Source: Dictyostelium discoideum (Eukaryota). Taken from it: 64,000 bases of DNA. The translations under genes and the position numbers were made by a program. Location of the stretch: NCBI GenBank assembly GCA_000004695.1, contig CM000152.2, positions 768,001-832,000 on the forward strand, written 5' to 3'. Each line of letters begins with the position of its first letter. Within the stretch, counting starts at the first letter, position 1. Below are positions 12,488 through 28,321 of this stretch, one piece after another. The notes below the pieces were generated by a model, which searched no databases, was not told where the DNA came from, and worked only from the letters and a program-made list of their open reading frames with translations.

Positions 12488-12824
12488 AATAGATAATTCA
12501 TCTTGGAGTTTATTCCCAGTTTCAAATCCATCACCATTATTATCACAATCATGCGTTACAATTGGAAAAACAATTGTTGTATTTGGAGGTCATAATGCAA
12601 ATGATTATATAAATTCATTAAAGTTTTTTAATCTTGACAAATTTCAATGGGAAGAACAAACATGTTCTGGTATATTACCTCTAAGTAGAGGTTATCATTG
12701 TTGTTGTTTTGTAGATCATAGATTATTTGTTATTGGTGGTTACGATGGCTCTCAATGTTTTTCTGACGTTCAAATTTTAGATTTAGGTGTTTTATCTTAT
12801 TTAGAGTTACATCAAAATAAATAA
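11475..12824 (+). CDS. Kelch-repeat protein (6 kelch blades; RABEPK-like)
   Basis: Four exons: 11475..11622, 11737..11895, 12024..12326 and 12493..12824. All three introns are phase 1 at the equivalent position of the recurring ILDT-x-T..W..P blade motif. The repeated units have the form hhhFGG.D......ND.hhLDT. Intron 1 holds a (CATT)n repeat and intron 3 a (TTA)n repeat. Confidence 0.7.
11679..11725. repeat. (CATT)n tetranucleotide repeat in kelch gene intron 1
   Basis: Visible as ccattcattcattcattcattcattcactcatccattcattcattcat. Confidence 0.9.
12415..12486. repeat. (TTA)~23 microsatellite in kelch gene intron 3
   Basis: Directly visible. Sense-strand (UUA)n, ending 6 nt upstream of the TAG acceptor. 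Confidence 0.95.
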
Positions 12825-12844
12825 TCAAAATAGATAATAATAAT

Positions 12845-12905
<61 letters not shown>

Positions 12906-13168
12906 TTAATAACAATAATAATAATACTAATAATAATAATAATTTATTTGCATCAATACCAAAAAAAAAAAAAAAAATACTGCTACTATAATTGAAAAAA
13001 AAAAAAAAAAAAAACTAAACAACTATTTATTAAAATGATGTAAAAATAAAGATGATAATAATAATTTAAAAAAAAATAAAAAAAAAATAAAATAAAAAAA
13101 AAAAACAAATAAAATAAACAACTATAAACGAGAAATAATTTTTTTTAAAAAAAAAAAAGAATATCAAC

Positions 13169-14398
13169 TTAATATTCTTTATTTATTAATTTACTATTTT
13201 CATTATCACTATCAAAATTTTCATTTACCACTAAATTATTATTATTATTATTAATATTTTCTTGATCTTTATTAAATAATAAAGGTTTAAAATGTTGTGG
13301 ATGAGATATTTTATATTCATTAATTGCTTCTAAAATGTCATGATTGGTTGTATTTCTAAAGGTTGTAAATATAAAAGTTCTTTTCATTCTTTTTGTATGA
13401 TTTTCATGTTGATAATGTTTGTGAACATAAAGGTTTAAAGCTTTTTTAATATAACTAACTGGTAAAGTTTGAATATTATGTGATGATAGATTATCTAATA
13501 TTATATTATCGAGTATGAAAGCATCAACTAATTTTAAATCATCGAAAATATTTGTTATTTTATCATAGATATCTTGAATTGGATCTTTGAAAAGGTAAAT
13601 GAAAACGAAAAGATTTGAAATCGATTGTACTATGGAATTTGTTGATTTACCTTGAAATTGTAATTGAATATTAACATTTTCACAATTAATCATTGAGACT
13701 GTATCAACGAGGTCATTGATTATCATTAATTTTAAAATTGAATAAATTACAACCATTATTGATAAACCACTAATAAACATTTTCTCTTCAAGTGTAAGTT
13801 TAGGTTTGGTTGCTAATACATTCACTGTTAAAAGTAATTGAATTCTCGACCTTTTTATATAAAGAATTCTCATGGTTCTCGCTATACATATTGCTATCAA
13901 CAAGAATAATATTATACAACCAATTAAATAAATATTATCTAATGTTAATTGTGATGAATATTTATCTATTAATGGCACTCTAAATGATAATGCTTCATTA
14001 CCTTCCGCACTATACATTATTGGTATACAATATTGTACTTTTTGATTTATACATGTTGATAATTTAAAATCATCTGTTTCACTATCTCTACTATTACTAT
14101 CGCTATTATTATTATTTTTATTTAAATTATAGTAATCATTATTACTTGTACTACTACTACTATTATTAATTATAATTTTAGATGAAGATGATGAGGTTGA
14201 TGAAGATGGGGAGGAATTTGAATCTACCATACAACCAGTAATATCAAATTGTAGAGAATTATAAAAAAATAATCCTTCATTTACCAACATAATTAGGGAT
14301 AAAAAAAAATTTCTAAAATAAAATTCCTTTCTTGGTTTTTGACAGTTCCTAATATATCTATAAACTTCATCATTTGAATATTTATTATATTTCTCCAT
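13169..14398 (-). CDS. Hypothetical multi-pass membrane protein
   Basis: 409-aa ORF of ordinary (non-repeat) composition with at least three hydrophobic helices (FLSLIMLVNEGLFFY; IYLIGCIILFLLIAICIA; FISGLSIMVVIYSILKLMII). A Ser/Asn-rich loop is present. No recognisable family. Confidence 0.5.
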   Translation of the reverse strand: MEKYNKYSNDEVYRYIRNCQKPRKEFYFRNFFLSLIMLVNEGLFFYNSLQFDITGCMVDSNSSPSSSTSSSSSKIIINNSSSSTSNNDYYNLNKNNNNSDSNSRDSETDDFKLSTCINQKVQYCIPIMYSAEGNEALSFRVPLIDKYSSQLTLDNIYLIGCIILFLLIAICIARTMRILYIKRSRIQLLLTVNVLATKPKLTLEEKMFISGLSIMVVIYSILKLMIINDLVDTVSMINCENVNIQLQFQGKSTNSIVQSISNLFVFIYLFKDPIQDIYDKITNIFDDLKLVDAFILDNIILDNLSSHNIQTLPVSYIKKALNLYVHKHYQHENHTKRMKRTFIFTTFRNTTNHDILEAINEYKISHPQHFKPLLFNKDQENINNNNNNLVVNENFDSDNENSKLINKEY

Positions 14399-14656
14399 AT
14401 TTATTTAAATTTCAACTCCTTTTCTTTCTTTTTTTTTTCACAAAATAATCTTAGGACGGAGCTTCGTTGACGAAAAAAAAAAAAAAAAAATAAAAAAAAT
14501 AATAAAAAAAATAAAAATAAAAAAAATAAAATAATTAAACAAAAGAAAGATATTTTGGATAAAAAAAAGATATTTTATAAAAAAAAAAAAAAAAAGAAAT
14601 ATTTTGTTTAAAATATTTAAATATTTTTATTAAATTAAAATATATTATATTATATT

Positions 14657-14692
<36 letters not shown>

Positions 14693-14697
14693 CATGA

Positions 14698-16576
14698 TTA
14701 CAAAATTGAGCACGACCAAGATTTAAAACTATTAACTGAGAATTGATTACCATTCAAAGTACAAGTTTCAGATGCATTATACTTTTCAACTAAATATTTA
14801 CAAAAACAACTATTATTATTTGTATAATAACAAACTTCCTCAGCATAATACAAAGGAGTTGCACCAGTAATACAATTTGGGTGATTTATATCAATACCAC
14901 CAACTTGTTCAAATAAATAATCAAATACTTCTTTTTGATGATATTTTGCAGCCAAATGAATTGGAAAAATACCATCACTTGCTTTACAATAATTAATATT
15001 ACCATCTTGATAAAGTTTTTCATTAACTATAAATTTTAAAATTTCTAAATTCCCTTTAATTACTGAATAATGTATTGATTGTTCAATAATTGATAATGTT
15101 GAAAAATAAAATCCTATTGAATTTAAATTATTTTCAATTTTGTTATTATTATTATTATTTGTTAATAGTAATATACTATTTTTATGATTTAAAAAATATT
15201 TAAATAAATTTAAATTATTAAAATAAGCACATAAAATTAAAGCATTTGATTGCCAAATAATTTGATTTTCAATTGGCATTTGATTATTTTTATCATTAAT
15301 TATCCATTCTATTATATCTATTGAATTATTTTCAATTAAATAACCAATTGATAAATAGTTCCAATATGGTGGTTCATTATTAGTATATGAATTTACATAA
15401 TATCCAGAATCTTTCTTGAATAATTTATTATCACTATTTAATTGTTGGTAAATATATTGATAAATATTTAAATTTTCACATTGTGAAACCCTATTAAATA
15501 ATTGATAATCTTGTGATAATTGTAAAAAAGGATGAATATTTAATGAAAATTGTTCAATTTTTTGATTAAATATTTCAAAATCTTTAGTAAGTAATGGTAT
15601 TGAATTTAAATATTTCGGTTCAGTAAATAATGTTCTTAAATGATAAAAATTTAAATTATTTTCTAATAATGTAATTAAATAAAATGTTTTTAAATTTAAA
15701 TAAAATAATAATATTGAATTGTCAATTCTTTTCAATAGTATTGTATTTGCCTCTAATTGATCTCTTAACCATTGAATTTTATTTAATAATTTTTTATTTA
15801 ATATCTCTTCAATATCAATATAATCAATTGATTCAAACTCTTTATACATCTCTAATGGACTTATTAATTCATTATTTTCATTTGAACAAATTTTATTAAC
15901 AAATAATTCTTTTTTTATTCTTTCATTTTCTTTAAATAATTTAAATTCATTTTTATTATTATTATTATTATCAATATTATTATTTGAAAATTTTGAAAAT
16001 ATTAAATTATTTAATATATAATCTTTTTGATAATTTTTATTTGAAAATTGTATTTGTTTAAAGAAAATATTAAAATTTTGATTTTCTTTAATTTGTTTTT
16101 GAATTTCAATTTCAATTAATTTAATTTGATTTTCTTTATATTTAATAGAAGGTTTTTGTGTTGTTAATTGATAACTTGAAACCAATAATATAATATTAAA
16201 TTTTAGATTGGTTTTTTGATGATGATGTTTTTTTTTAAATTCATTTTTAATATCATTAAATGGTTCTTTTAATAATTTAATTTTATCATTTTCACCACTA
16301 ATATCAATTGAAATATTTAAAAAAATTAAAAAATTAATTTCATTTGAATTATTTGAATAAAATTTATTTTCATAAAAATCTTCATTTTGAAAATTAAAAA
16401 TGAAATTAATTTTTTTCTCATTATTTCCTATTACTAAATTGTATTCATCAGGCCATGATTCATAATCACTCTCTGAATCAAAATTATTATCTAAAATACT
16501 TCTAAATGAATATAAACTATCTTTACACTCAATTACATTTACAATATTATTTTTATTACTACTATTATTATTATTA

Positions 16577-16620
<44 letters not shown>

Positions 16621-16629
16621 TTTGTCCAT
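14698..16629 (-). CDS. Ankyrin-repeat-containing protein (hypothetical)
   Basis: 643-aa ORF. The C-terminal region has ankyrin-like units (..IHLAAKYHQKEVFDYLFEQVGGIDINHPNCITGATPLYYA.. and SNALILCAYFNNLNLFKYFLNHKNS). The N-terminal polyN is encoded by (ATT)n on the plus strand. Confidence 0.55.
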
Positions 16630-16968
16630 TATTAATATCTAACAAACAAATGATAAAGTTGTGAAAATGAAATTTTTTTTTGTTTTTTTTTTTTATTTTT
16701 TTTTTTTTTTTTTTTTTTTGGGTAGTATTATGAAAATTTAAGAAATTTGTGAGAATCTGGATCTTAATTTTTTATTTTATTTTATTTTATTTAATTTAAT
16801 TTAATTTTATTTTATTTTATTTTATTTTTAGAAAAGATTTTTATAGTTTTTATATCTATACATAAAAAAGGAATTCCGCACTATTTATTCCTTTTTTTTT
16901 TTGTTTTTTTTTTTTTTTTTGAATTTAATAAAAAAAAAAAAATAAAAATAAACATTTCTTATAGATTG

Positions 16969-18402
16969 TTATTGTTGAGGTGGAGTTGTAGTTGTTGTAG
17001 TTGTAGTTGTTGTATTTGATGGTTTTTGTGGTGGTAATTTATTAAAAACAACATCACTAACAAAAGAAACTGATTGACCACCAGTTAACAAACTTACACC
17101 TGGATAAACTGTGCCTTCAATATTATCAAATGCAACACCTTGGAAAACACCATTTAAATAAAAGGATAAAGTTTTTTGATTCATATCTAATAGACAACCA
17201 ATTGTAGAATCTTGAACGAAGCAAGAGGCAAATGTAACACCATTACCACTATTATTGGCTTTTCTACCATCGGCCAAATAACCCCAACCCCCATTTGAAG
17301 TTAAATAAGTTTGCCAAATTGAGAAACTTTCAGGTACAACACCAACCACTAAATGAAAACCAGTTTGATTTGCACTTAGTGTGTTGATATAGAATTCCCA
17401 ATACACAATGCCACTTGAAATTGGTTCAGAGCCTCTTATAGATTGATAACTACCCAAATAATCACCTGCATGAGTGATGGTACGATTATTATTGGTGATG
17501 AATATTTTACCCTTTTTATTAGAGTCCCAAACACCCTTATAAGCTTTAAATGCCTTATAATAGTCTTTCCAAATTGGATAATATGGTTTTGGAACTTGAA
17601 TTGTTGTATCACCACCAAATCTATTGATAACGATCTTTTTCCATAGTTCATTATCATTGCTAATTAATTGCAATAAACTATTGGTACTTGAAACTTGAAT
17701 TAATGATTGAACATCTAAATATTGAAAAATGTAAAAAATAATCTCTTGAGGTAAATTTAACATACTAATTCTATTTTTACATTTAAACTGTAATTTCTCT
17801 GATTGTATTATTGCTAATAATTGTTGATATGATAATGATGTTTTAAATATTGATTCTAATCCATCATTATCAATACTATTATTTTTATAATTATTATTTT
17901 CATCTAAACTAATTTCATTATTATTATTATTATTATAGATATTATTATTATTACTATTATTATTATTTATATTATTATCCTTATCATTATTAATATAATA
18001 TTCATCACAATCATCATTTGATTTTTCATTATAATAATTTGAACAATCTCTCATAATTGTATCAGTATCATATTCTATATTATTACTATTTTTATCATTA
18101 TTTTCATTAATTTCTTTATTATTATTATTATTGTTGTTGGAATTTAATAATTGTAATTTTAATTCTCTGTGCAATCTAATAATTGAAACTCTATTTAATA
18201 AATTTATATTATTTTCATTTAGACTATTTAAAATATTATTTTGAAAAGCAACTGTTTGAGCTTGCTCTGCTTCAATTCTTTGTAAATTATTAATATTATT
18301 ATTATTACTATTATTATTATTATTATTACTATTATTTTGAGAAGATTGTAAATTTAGAGTGATATTTAAATTATTATATTCTCTATCAATTTGCATTTCT
18401 GA

Positions 18403-18438
<36 letters not shown>

Positions 18439-18624
18439 GTTGTTATTATTATTGTTGTTGTTGTTGTTGTTACCATCATTATTAATTCTTCTAAGGTTAT
18501 TAATATTGCTATTGTTGTTATTTGTATTTTCCATGGACAACATTTTCCTAGTTCTTTTTTTTTCTTCTTGTCTAATGAATAATGAATTGGTTTTCATAAA
18601 GTTTTCAAAATAAGAATAATCCAT
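16969..18624 (-). CDS. F-box / SPRY (B30.2) domain protein
   Basis: 551-aa ORF. The F-box is LNLPQEIIFYIFQYLDVQSLIQVSSTNSLLQLISNDNELWKKIV. It is followed by a SPRY-like beta-sandwich region (GIVYWEFYI...GFHLVVGVVPESF...GWGYLADGRK). The N-terminal half is a polyN/Asn-rich low-complexity region. Confidence 0.65.
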
Positions 18625-18655
18625 TTTAAAACTTTTTTTTTAATTTTTGTTGTGT

Positions 18656-18698
<43 letters not shown>

Positions 18699-18984
18699 AT
18701 TTGTTTTTTTTAATTATTTGTTGTTAAATTTAATAAAAAAAAACAAAAATAAAAAAAAAAAAAAAAACAAAAATAAAAAAAAAAAAAAAAAAAACTGTAT
18801 TATAAGATTATTAATTATTTGTATATGATATTGTTCTATATTTTGAACTTTTAGATGGTGTTGGCATTAAAGAAAAAAAATAATAAAAAATAATAATAAA
18901 TAATGAAAAATAAAAAAAATAAAAAAATAAAACTTTATTAATAATTATATAATCTTATTATTTATTTTAAAAAGAAAAAAAAAT

Positions 18985-19020
<36 letters not shown>

Positions 19021-19043
19021 TTATTATTATTATTATTATTATA

Positions 19044-19125
<82 letters not shown>
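19021..19125. repeat. (TTA)~33 intergenic microsatellite
   Basis: Directly visible. Confidence 0.9.
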
Positions 19126-20139
19126 TATTATTTTATTATATTCTATTCAAATTCTATTTTTTATTTTATTTTGTTATTTTTTTTTTTGTTGTTTTTTTTT
19201 TTTTTTTTATATATATATTATTTATTTAATGCATCCACCAAAAAAAATTAATTAATTTATTGGTCAAATTATAGGTATTTTATTTTTTCTAAAAAAAATT
19301 AATAAAATTGGATTTTTTAAGATTTTAAAAAATTATATTGTTCTAAGTTTGAAAAAGGTTTGATATATTTAGAAAAAAATAAAAAAAAAATAGAATTATG
19401 AGGGTGAATTTATTTTATAGTGTATATTATCTATACTGATAAAAAGAAATGAAAATGTCTAGATTTCTACTTTTGCCAATTATAAAAGTAGTTTGTAAAT
19501 TAATATCTTGTATTTATTAAAAAGTGTAATTAAAAAAGAAAGGAGAAAAAAAAAAAAAAAAAAAATGGAAAAAGGATACACAAAGAGAATTTAATAAAAA
19601 AAAAAAAAAAAAATTGATGTGTGTGTGGATAAAAATGATTAATGAAAATAATTATTTTATTTATTATTTCATTGAGGCAATATTATTTTTATTTTGGATG
19701 ACAAAAAAAAAAAAATAATAAAAATAATAATTATAAAAAAAACAAAAATAAAAAAAAAAATAAAAAATAAATAAAAACAAATTAAAATAAATAATAATTT
19801 GATTGTTCAAATAAAAAAAAAAAAAAAATAATTTGTAAAAATAAAAAAAAAAAAAAAAATAAAAAAAAATATATTAAAATAAAAATTTTAATAAATACCC
19901 CCACACATAAGTGGGAGTTTGCCTTTAGTTGTAAAAAAAAAAAAAAAAAAAAAAAGAAACTGTTTAATGTTTATTCAATCTCGCGAAAATAAATAATAAA
20001 AAAAATGAAACACAACAAACTGTTTTTTTTTTTTACTGATTTTCTTGTTTTTTAATTTAAGAATAACATTTATTAAATAGTGTTTAGAAAAATAAAAAAT
20101 AAAAAAAAAAAATAAAAAAAAAAATAAAAAAAATAAGAA

Positions 20140-21126
20140 TTATGACATTTCCATATTATCAATTGTATCACCATCATAATATTCCCTATAATAATCATCA
20201 CTAATAAAATTATGGCGAAATCATTAGTATTTATAAAATAAGAATAAAAATAAAAATAAAATGAAAACTTACAGTTCCTCTTGATCAGGTAGAGGGTCTT
20301 TTACATCTGATCCATCATCATTTAAAATTTGTAATTTACTTATATATCTACATTTGAAGAATATTATTTTTTTTAATGATTTATTATAAAAAAAATAATT
20401 AAAACTGAACCTATATATATAAATTTGATTTTAATTATTAGTAAACTGTAATGAAATTATTTAAATAAAAAAAATAAATTATACATACAATACACCATTT
20501 TCTGTGAAAGGATCACCATTTTCAGGTTTATATAAATAAATTTCACATTTTTGTAAACTTATTTCACTTTCTAAAGTTGACCAAAGTTTAGCTTCAAACT
20601 CTAAATAATAATCTTTTATATAACCAGCCAAGTTTGCATTGATACTATTGATAACTAAATTTAAGCTTGGTTCTTTTTGAAATTGTTCTGGTTTAGAATC
20701 TGTGAAATCATAATCTGGGAATGACAAATTCAGTAACTGTATCAAATAGATCATAGTTTTTCTACTTGTACTATTTGACATTGGTCCAAATGGTGATACT
20801 GATATATTTGATGTTGGTGATGGTGAATTCATTGATACTGATAATGTATTATTATTATTATTATTATTATTGCTGCTGCCGCTATTGCTATTGTTATTGT
20901 TATTATTATTAGTGTTATTATTACTATTTGTTATATTCATTGCTCCACTATTTGTATTTGATAATTCTTCAAGTTCTTTATCTAAAGACCTGTATATCTT
21001 TTTATCTGAACCTGCCATTTTACATGAATAAGCTTCTAATTCACCCATCAAAAGTGCATCCCCAACATCGATACTATTCAAATATGAATTTAATCCAATT
21101 AATTGTAATGAATCTATATATTTCAT
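20140..21126 (-). CDS. maf1: Maf1, repressor of RNA polymerase III transcription
   Basis: Three minus-strand exons: 20488..21126, 20272..20409 and 20140..20200. The start is ATG 21126 (MKYIDSLQLIGLNSYLNSIDVGDALLMGELEAYSCKMAGSDKK); the ORF-track extension to 21180 runs into a (GA)n tract. The conserved Maf1 boxes are all present: ESYSCKMAG, RKTMIYLIQLLNLSFPDYDFT, EPSLNLVINSIN, and the exon 2 block FSFNYFFYNKSLKKIIFF (human SFNYFFYNKRLKRIVFF). The C-tail is acidic. Confidence 0.8.
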
Positions 21127-21664
21127 CTTTTTTTTTTCTACTATTTCTCTGTCTCTCTCTCTCTGTCTCTGCTCTGTCACTCTGATTTATTGTTGTTTCT
21201 AAAAAAAATAAAAAAATAAAAAAAATAAAAATTAAATATAAAAACAAATCTAATTTATTACTATTACTATTATTACTATTATTACTATTATTACTATTAT
21301 TAATTATTTGCTATTATACAGTTATTTACAAAGGTTAGTGTTTAATATGAACACTGTAAATATTTTATAATTAAGTGGGTGTAAAAATTCAATGTTGAAA
21401 ATAATAAAAAAAAAAAAAAAAAAAAAAAAACAATGAGGAATTAAAAAAAAATAAAAAATAAAAAAATAATTAAAAAAAAAAAAAAAAAAAAAATAAAAAA
21501 AACAATTATTTGAAAAACAAAATTTTCAACTAAAAATATAATTTACCCAGGTCCAATTATAGATTTTTTATTTTTATCTTCACAATATTTGGAAAAAAAA
21601 CAATTTTTTATTTTAATTATTATTTTTATTTTTTTTTTTTTTTATTTTTTTTTTTTTTATTTAA

Positions 21665-23723
<2,059 letters not shown>

Positions 23724-24353
23724 TATATCTGAGTGTGTGCGGTTTTTTTTTTTGTTTTTTTTTTTTTTTTTTGGTTGATTGATTTATTGATTTGTTTTTG
23801 TGTGTGGTATGGGGAAAATAAAAATTTTATGCCTTTTGGAGTAACGTGAAAAAAAAAAAAAATAAAAAAAAATAAAAAAATAAAAAAAAAAATTAAAAAA
23901 TAAAAAATTAAAAATAAAAAAAAAAAAAAATATCTTCTTTCCCCAAACATTGTTTTATTTGGAATAGTTTATTTATTTTTCTTTTATCATTGTTATTTTT
24001 TTATTTATTTATTTTTTTTTTTATTTTTATTTTTTTTATTTCTTTATTTTTTTTTTTTCTTTAACTTGGAAATCTTTGAATTTCAAACCAAACAGTTTAT
24101 AAAAACTGAGGACTAAAACACAAAGATAATACCATTTTAAAAAAAATAAAAAAAATAAAAAAAATAAATAAAAATAGAAAAATAAAAATAAAAAGCATAA
24201 TATTTCTATTTTGTTTCTTGAGGTGCTTATGTGTTAAAAGTGAGTATGTTTCAGTGCAAATAAAAAAAAAAAAATAAAAAAAATAAAAATAAAATAAAAA
24301 TTAATTTTTTTTTAAAAAAAAAAAAAAATTAAAAAAAAGAGTTTTTTTTTTTT

Positions 24354-24394
<41 letters not shown>

Positions 24395-24399
24395 TTGTA

Positions 24400-24575
24400 A
24401 ACCAATATCGACCTCTGTTTAAATCCCCCACCTACAATCAACACACGCACGCCCTCCTTTAATTTTCACACTTTCATCTCAACTCACATTCAAACTTACT
24501 CACGCACACACAATCACTTACATTCCCAAATCCATTCACCTCCCCCCTCATATTCATAAAATCACATAAAAATAT
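24400..24575 (+). promoter_or_regulatory. C/A-rich, G-depleted strand-asymmetric tract immediately 5' of the AP-3 mu start codon (candidate CAE-type promoter element or 5' leader)
   Basis: About 175 nt with almost no G on the plus strand (..cccccacctacaatcaacacacgcacgccctcctttaattttcacactttcatctcaactcacattcaaacttactcacgcacacacaatcacttacattcccaaatccattcacctcccccctcatattc..). It ends about 30 nt before ATG 24608. Dictyostelium promoters are known to use C/A-rich elements (CAEs, bound by GBF). The assignment is by position and composition only. Confidence 0.35.
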
Positions 24576-24607
24576 AAATAAATAAATATAAATATATATA
24601 AAGTAAA

Positions 24608-25237
24608 ATGTTAAGCAGTTTTTTTATTATAGCTGATCAAGGGTAAATAATAGTAATAATAATAATAATAATTTCACCCACTACCATCACCATTACCATC
24701 ACCATCACTACCCAACAAAACATTCTTTAATATATATATATATATATATATATTAATTAATAATTTATATTTTCATATATATATATAGTGATATTTTAAT
24801 TGAAAAACATTGGAGAGGATTAATGAATAGATCAATTTGTGAATATTTTTGGGATCAAGTATTACAAAGTAAACAAAATGGATCAAGTGTACCACCAATT
24901 ATATCAACACCAAAATATTATTTAATCAATATTCAAAAGCAAAATGTCTATTTATTAGGAGTATGTCAATCAGAGGTATCACCATTATTGGTTGTAGATT
25001 TCTTACAAAGAATATATGATACATTTGTTGAATATTTTGGTTCAAATATTACAAGTGCAACCATCAAAGAGAACTTTGTACACGTTTATCAACTCTTGGA
25101 TGAAATGGCTGATAATGGTTTCCCTTTTACAACAGAATTAAACTTTTTAAAAGAAATGATAAAACCACCTGGTGTATTATCAAATGTTATTTCAAGTGTT
25201 ACTGGTACTTCAAATATTACTGATATATTACCAAGTA

Positions 25238-25279
<42 letters not shown>

Positions 25280-26195
25280 TTTTTTATTTTTATTTTTATT
25301 TTTATTATTAGATGGATCTTTAGGTGCCATTCAATGGCGTAAAACAGGTATTAAATATACACAAAATAAAATATTCTTTGATATTATTGAAGAAATTGAT
25401 TGTATAATTGATAGGTATGAAGAAGAGAATATTTCAATATTGATTATTAATTATTAATTATTATTAATTATTATACTTACTCCTATAAATTTTTTATTAT
25501 TTTTTTTTTTCAGTAATGGATATATTGTTTCAAGTGAAATTAATGGTGAAATATTATGTCATTGTAATTTAAGTGGTATGCCAGATTTAACAATGACATT
25601 TAATAATCCAAGAATGTTAGATGATGTTAGTTTTCATCCATGTGTTAGATATTCAAGATGGGAGAATGATAGAGTGTTATCGTTTATTCCACCAGATGGT
25701 AATTTTAAATTGTTATCGTATCGTGTAAAGGGTATCAATCAATTCCCAGTTTACGTTAAACCTCAAATTAGTTATAGTGAAGGTTCGAGTAGTGTAGGTA
25801 GAGTCAATGTAACCGTTGGTGCTAAAGGTTACAATGTTCAAAATAAATTATCAATCGAGGATGTAGTTGCAACTATCCCTTTCTCAAAGACTACCTCTTC
25901 AACTAATTTAACCGCTAATATCGGTTCATTCGGTATGGATGAACAATCGAAAATACTAAGATGGAATATAGGTAAAATACCAAAAGAGAAAACACCTTTC
26001 CTTAATGGTACTGTCTCTTTAATCGCTGGTTCAATGACACCAGAATCCACTCCTTCAATTATGCTCCAATTCAAAATACCACAATATGCTATCTCTGGTT
26101 TAACAATCGATAGTCTTGCTTGTAGTGAAAGATATAAACCATTCAAAGGTGTAAAATGTACTACTAAAGCTGGTAAATTCCAAGTTAGATCTTAA
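24608..26195 (+). CDS. apm3: AP-3 adaptor complex mu subunit
   Basis: Four exons: 24608..24642, 24789..25234, 25312..25414 and 25514..26195 (421 aa). MLSSFFIIADQGDILIEKHWRGLMNRSICEYFWDQ aligns with the human AP3M1 N-terminus MIHSLFLINCSGDIFLEKHWKSVVSQSVCDYFFEAQ. The C-terminus KPFKGVKCTTKAGKFQVRS aligns with KYKPFKGVKYVTKAGKFQVRT. Intron 2 contains (TTA)n. Confidence 0.85.
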
Positions 26196-26277
26196 TTTTT
26201 CTTTTTTACTCAAATTAATAAAAAAAATTAAAAATAAAAATAAAAATAAAATAAAATTCTAAAAAAAAAAAAAATAA

Positions 26278-26313
<36 letters not shown>

Positions 26314-26418
26314 TAAATTTAAGGAGAAATTTACATAATTTTATTTAAAATTTTAAAAACTTGGAAAATTAAAAATGGTTCTGAATTTCTAACTAGCCAT
26401 TTTTTTATTTTATTTTTC

Positions 26419-26464
<46 letters not shown>

Positions 26465-27179
26465 GTGGCCATCAACTCGGCAAAAGAAAATGAAGTCGAA
26501 AAAAAAAAGTTTAAATCCAAAATATCTCACCAAAAAAAAAAAAAAAATTAAAAAAAATTAAAAAAAAAAAAAAAAATGAAACCAAGCGAAAATTATTTTC
26601 ACAAAAAAAAAAAAAAAACAATAATTGGGTCAATGGTATCTAGATGTAAAAAATAAAAAAAAGTAAAAAAAAAAAGTAAAAAAACAAAACAAAAGAAAAT
26701 AAAAAAACAAAATAACTAAAACAATAATCAGTTGGCTCTTTCTTAGTTTTGCACACCACTTTTAAAAGTAATTATTTTATTTTTATCTTAAATTTATTCC
26801 CACACATTTTGATTTTGTTTTTTTCTTTAATTTTTTTTTTTATTTTTAAAATTTGTTTTTTAACCCCCCACACACTGATTAAACAATTAAAAATAAATAA
26901 AAAAAATAAAAAAAAACATTTAAAAATAGAAAAAAAAAAAAATAAAAATAAAAAAAAAAAAAAAAATAAAAAAAAAAGTTAAACTATTTAATTTTTTTTT
27001 TTTTTTTTTTTTTATAAATAAAAATTAATTAATTATTTATAAAATTTAATTATACAACTATCTGTACTCATTATTTAAATAATTATTTTAAATTAAATAT
27101 CATTTCAAAAAAAAGAGAAAAATGTAATAATTGACTCACTAAGTTTTTATTTTTTTTATTTTTTTTTTTTTTTTTTAAA

Positions 27180-27244
<65 letters not shown>

Positions 27245-27513
27245 TTATTTATTATTTTTTTTGTTTAAGACAATAATAATAATAATAAAAATAATAATAA
27301 ACAAATTTTAAAAAAAAATTTAAAAAATAACTAAACACATCTTTTTTATTATATTATTATTTCATTTTTTTTTTTATTTTTTTTAAAAATTTTAAACTTC
27401 ACTTAATTTATTAACACTTTTTTTTTTATTTTCAATACAATATATTTTTTTCTTTTTTTTTTTTTTTTTTTTTTTTTGTCAAACTAAAAAAAAAAAAAAA
27501 AAGACTAGACAAA

Positions 27514-28147
27514 ATGGATATTGATTACGAAAATGAAATATCAATAGTTTTAGAAGCTAAACACAATCAGCATCTTAATAATAATAATAATGGATGTGGT
27601 AACGCAAATAATATAAATAATGAAAATAACTTTTTACAAGATGACCTTGTATATAACTTTTTATCAGACGAAGTTACATTAGGTAGTGACTGTACAACAC
27701 CATATACTTTAAATAACAATCATATTGTCAATAGTAATTATATTATTAATAATAATAATAATAATAATAATATGCTTAACGATCATTCATCATCACCAAT
27801 GAGAGTACCAAATTCAAGTCCTTCTTTATATAATAACTCAATTGAATCACCAGAATTGGTTTATCATGATAATAGTAACAATAACAATAACAATAACAAT
27901 AATATCAATGTCAATGATATCAATGTCAACGATATCAATAGTAATAGTACAAATAATAACGAAAGTAATAACAATAGTAGTAGTGAAGGCGAATTACCAT
28001 GTCTTGTTGATATCCAACAATATCAATATCAAGACATGTTACCATTTGATCAACAACCAGTTGTTGTTATGCAAAATCCAATCATCACTACAACAACAAC
28101 AACAACAACAACAACAGCAACTATCGAACAACAAATTAACCCAAGTG

Positions 28148-28226
<79 letters not shown>

Positions 28227-28287
28227 TCAACATTTATTACAAGAACATCAACATGTCGTTAATGAAGAAGTCTTACAGTAAGTTTTG

Positions 28288-28321
<34 letters not shown>

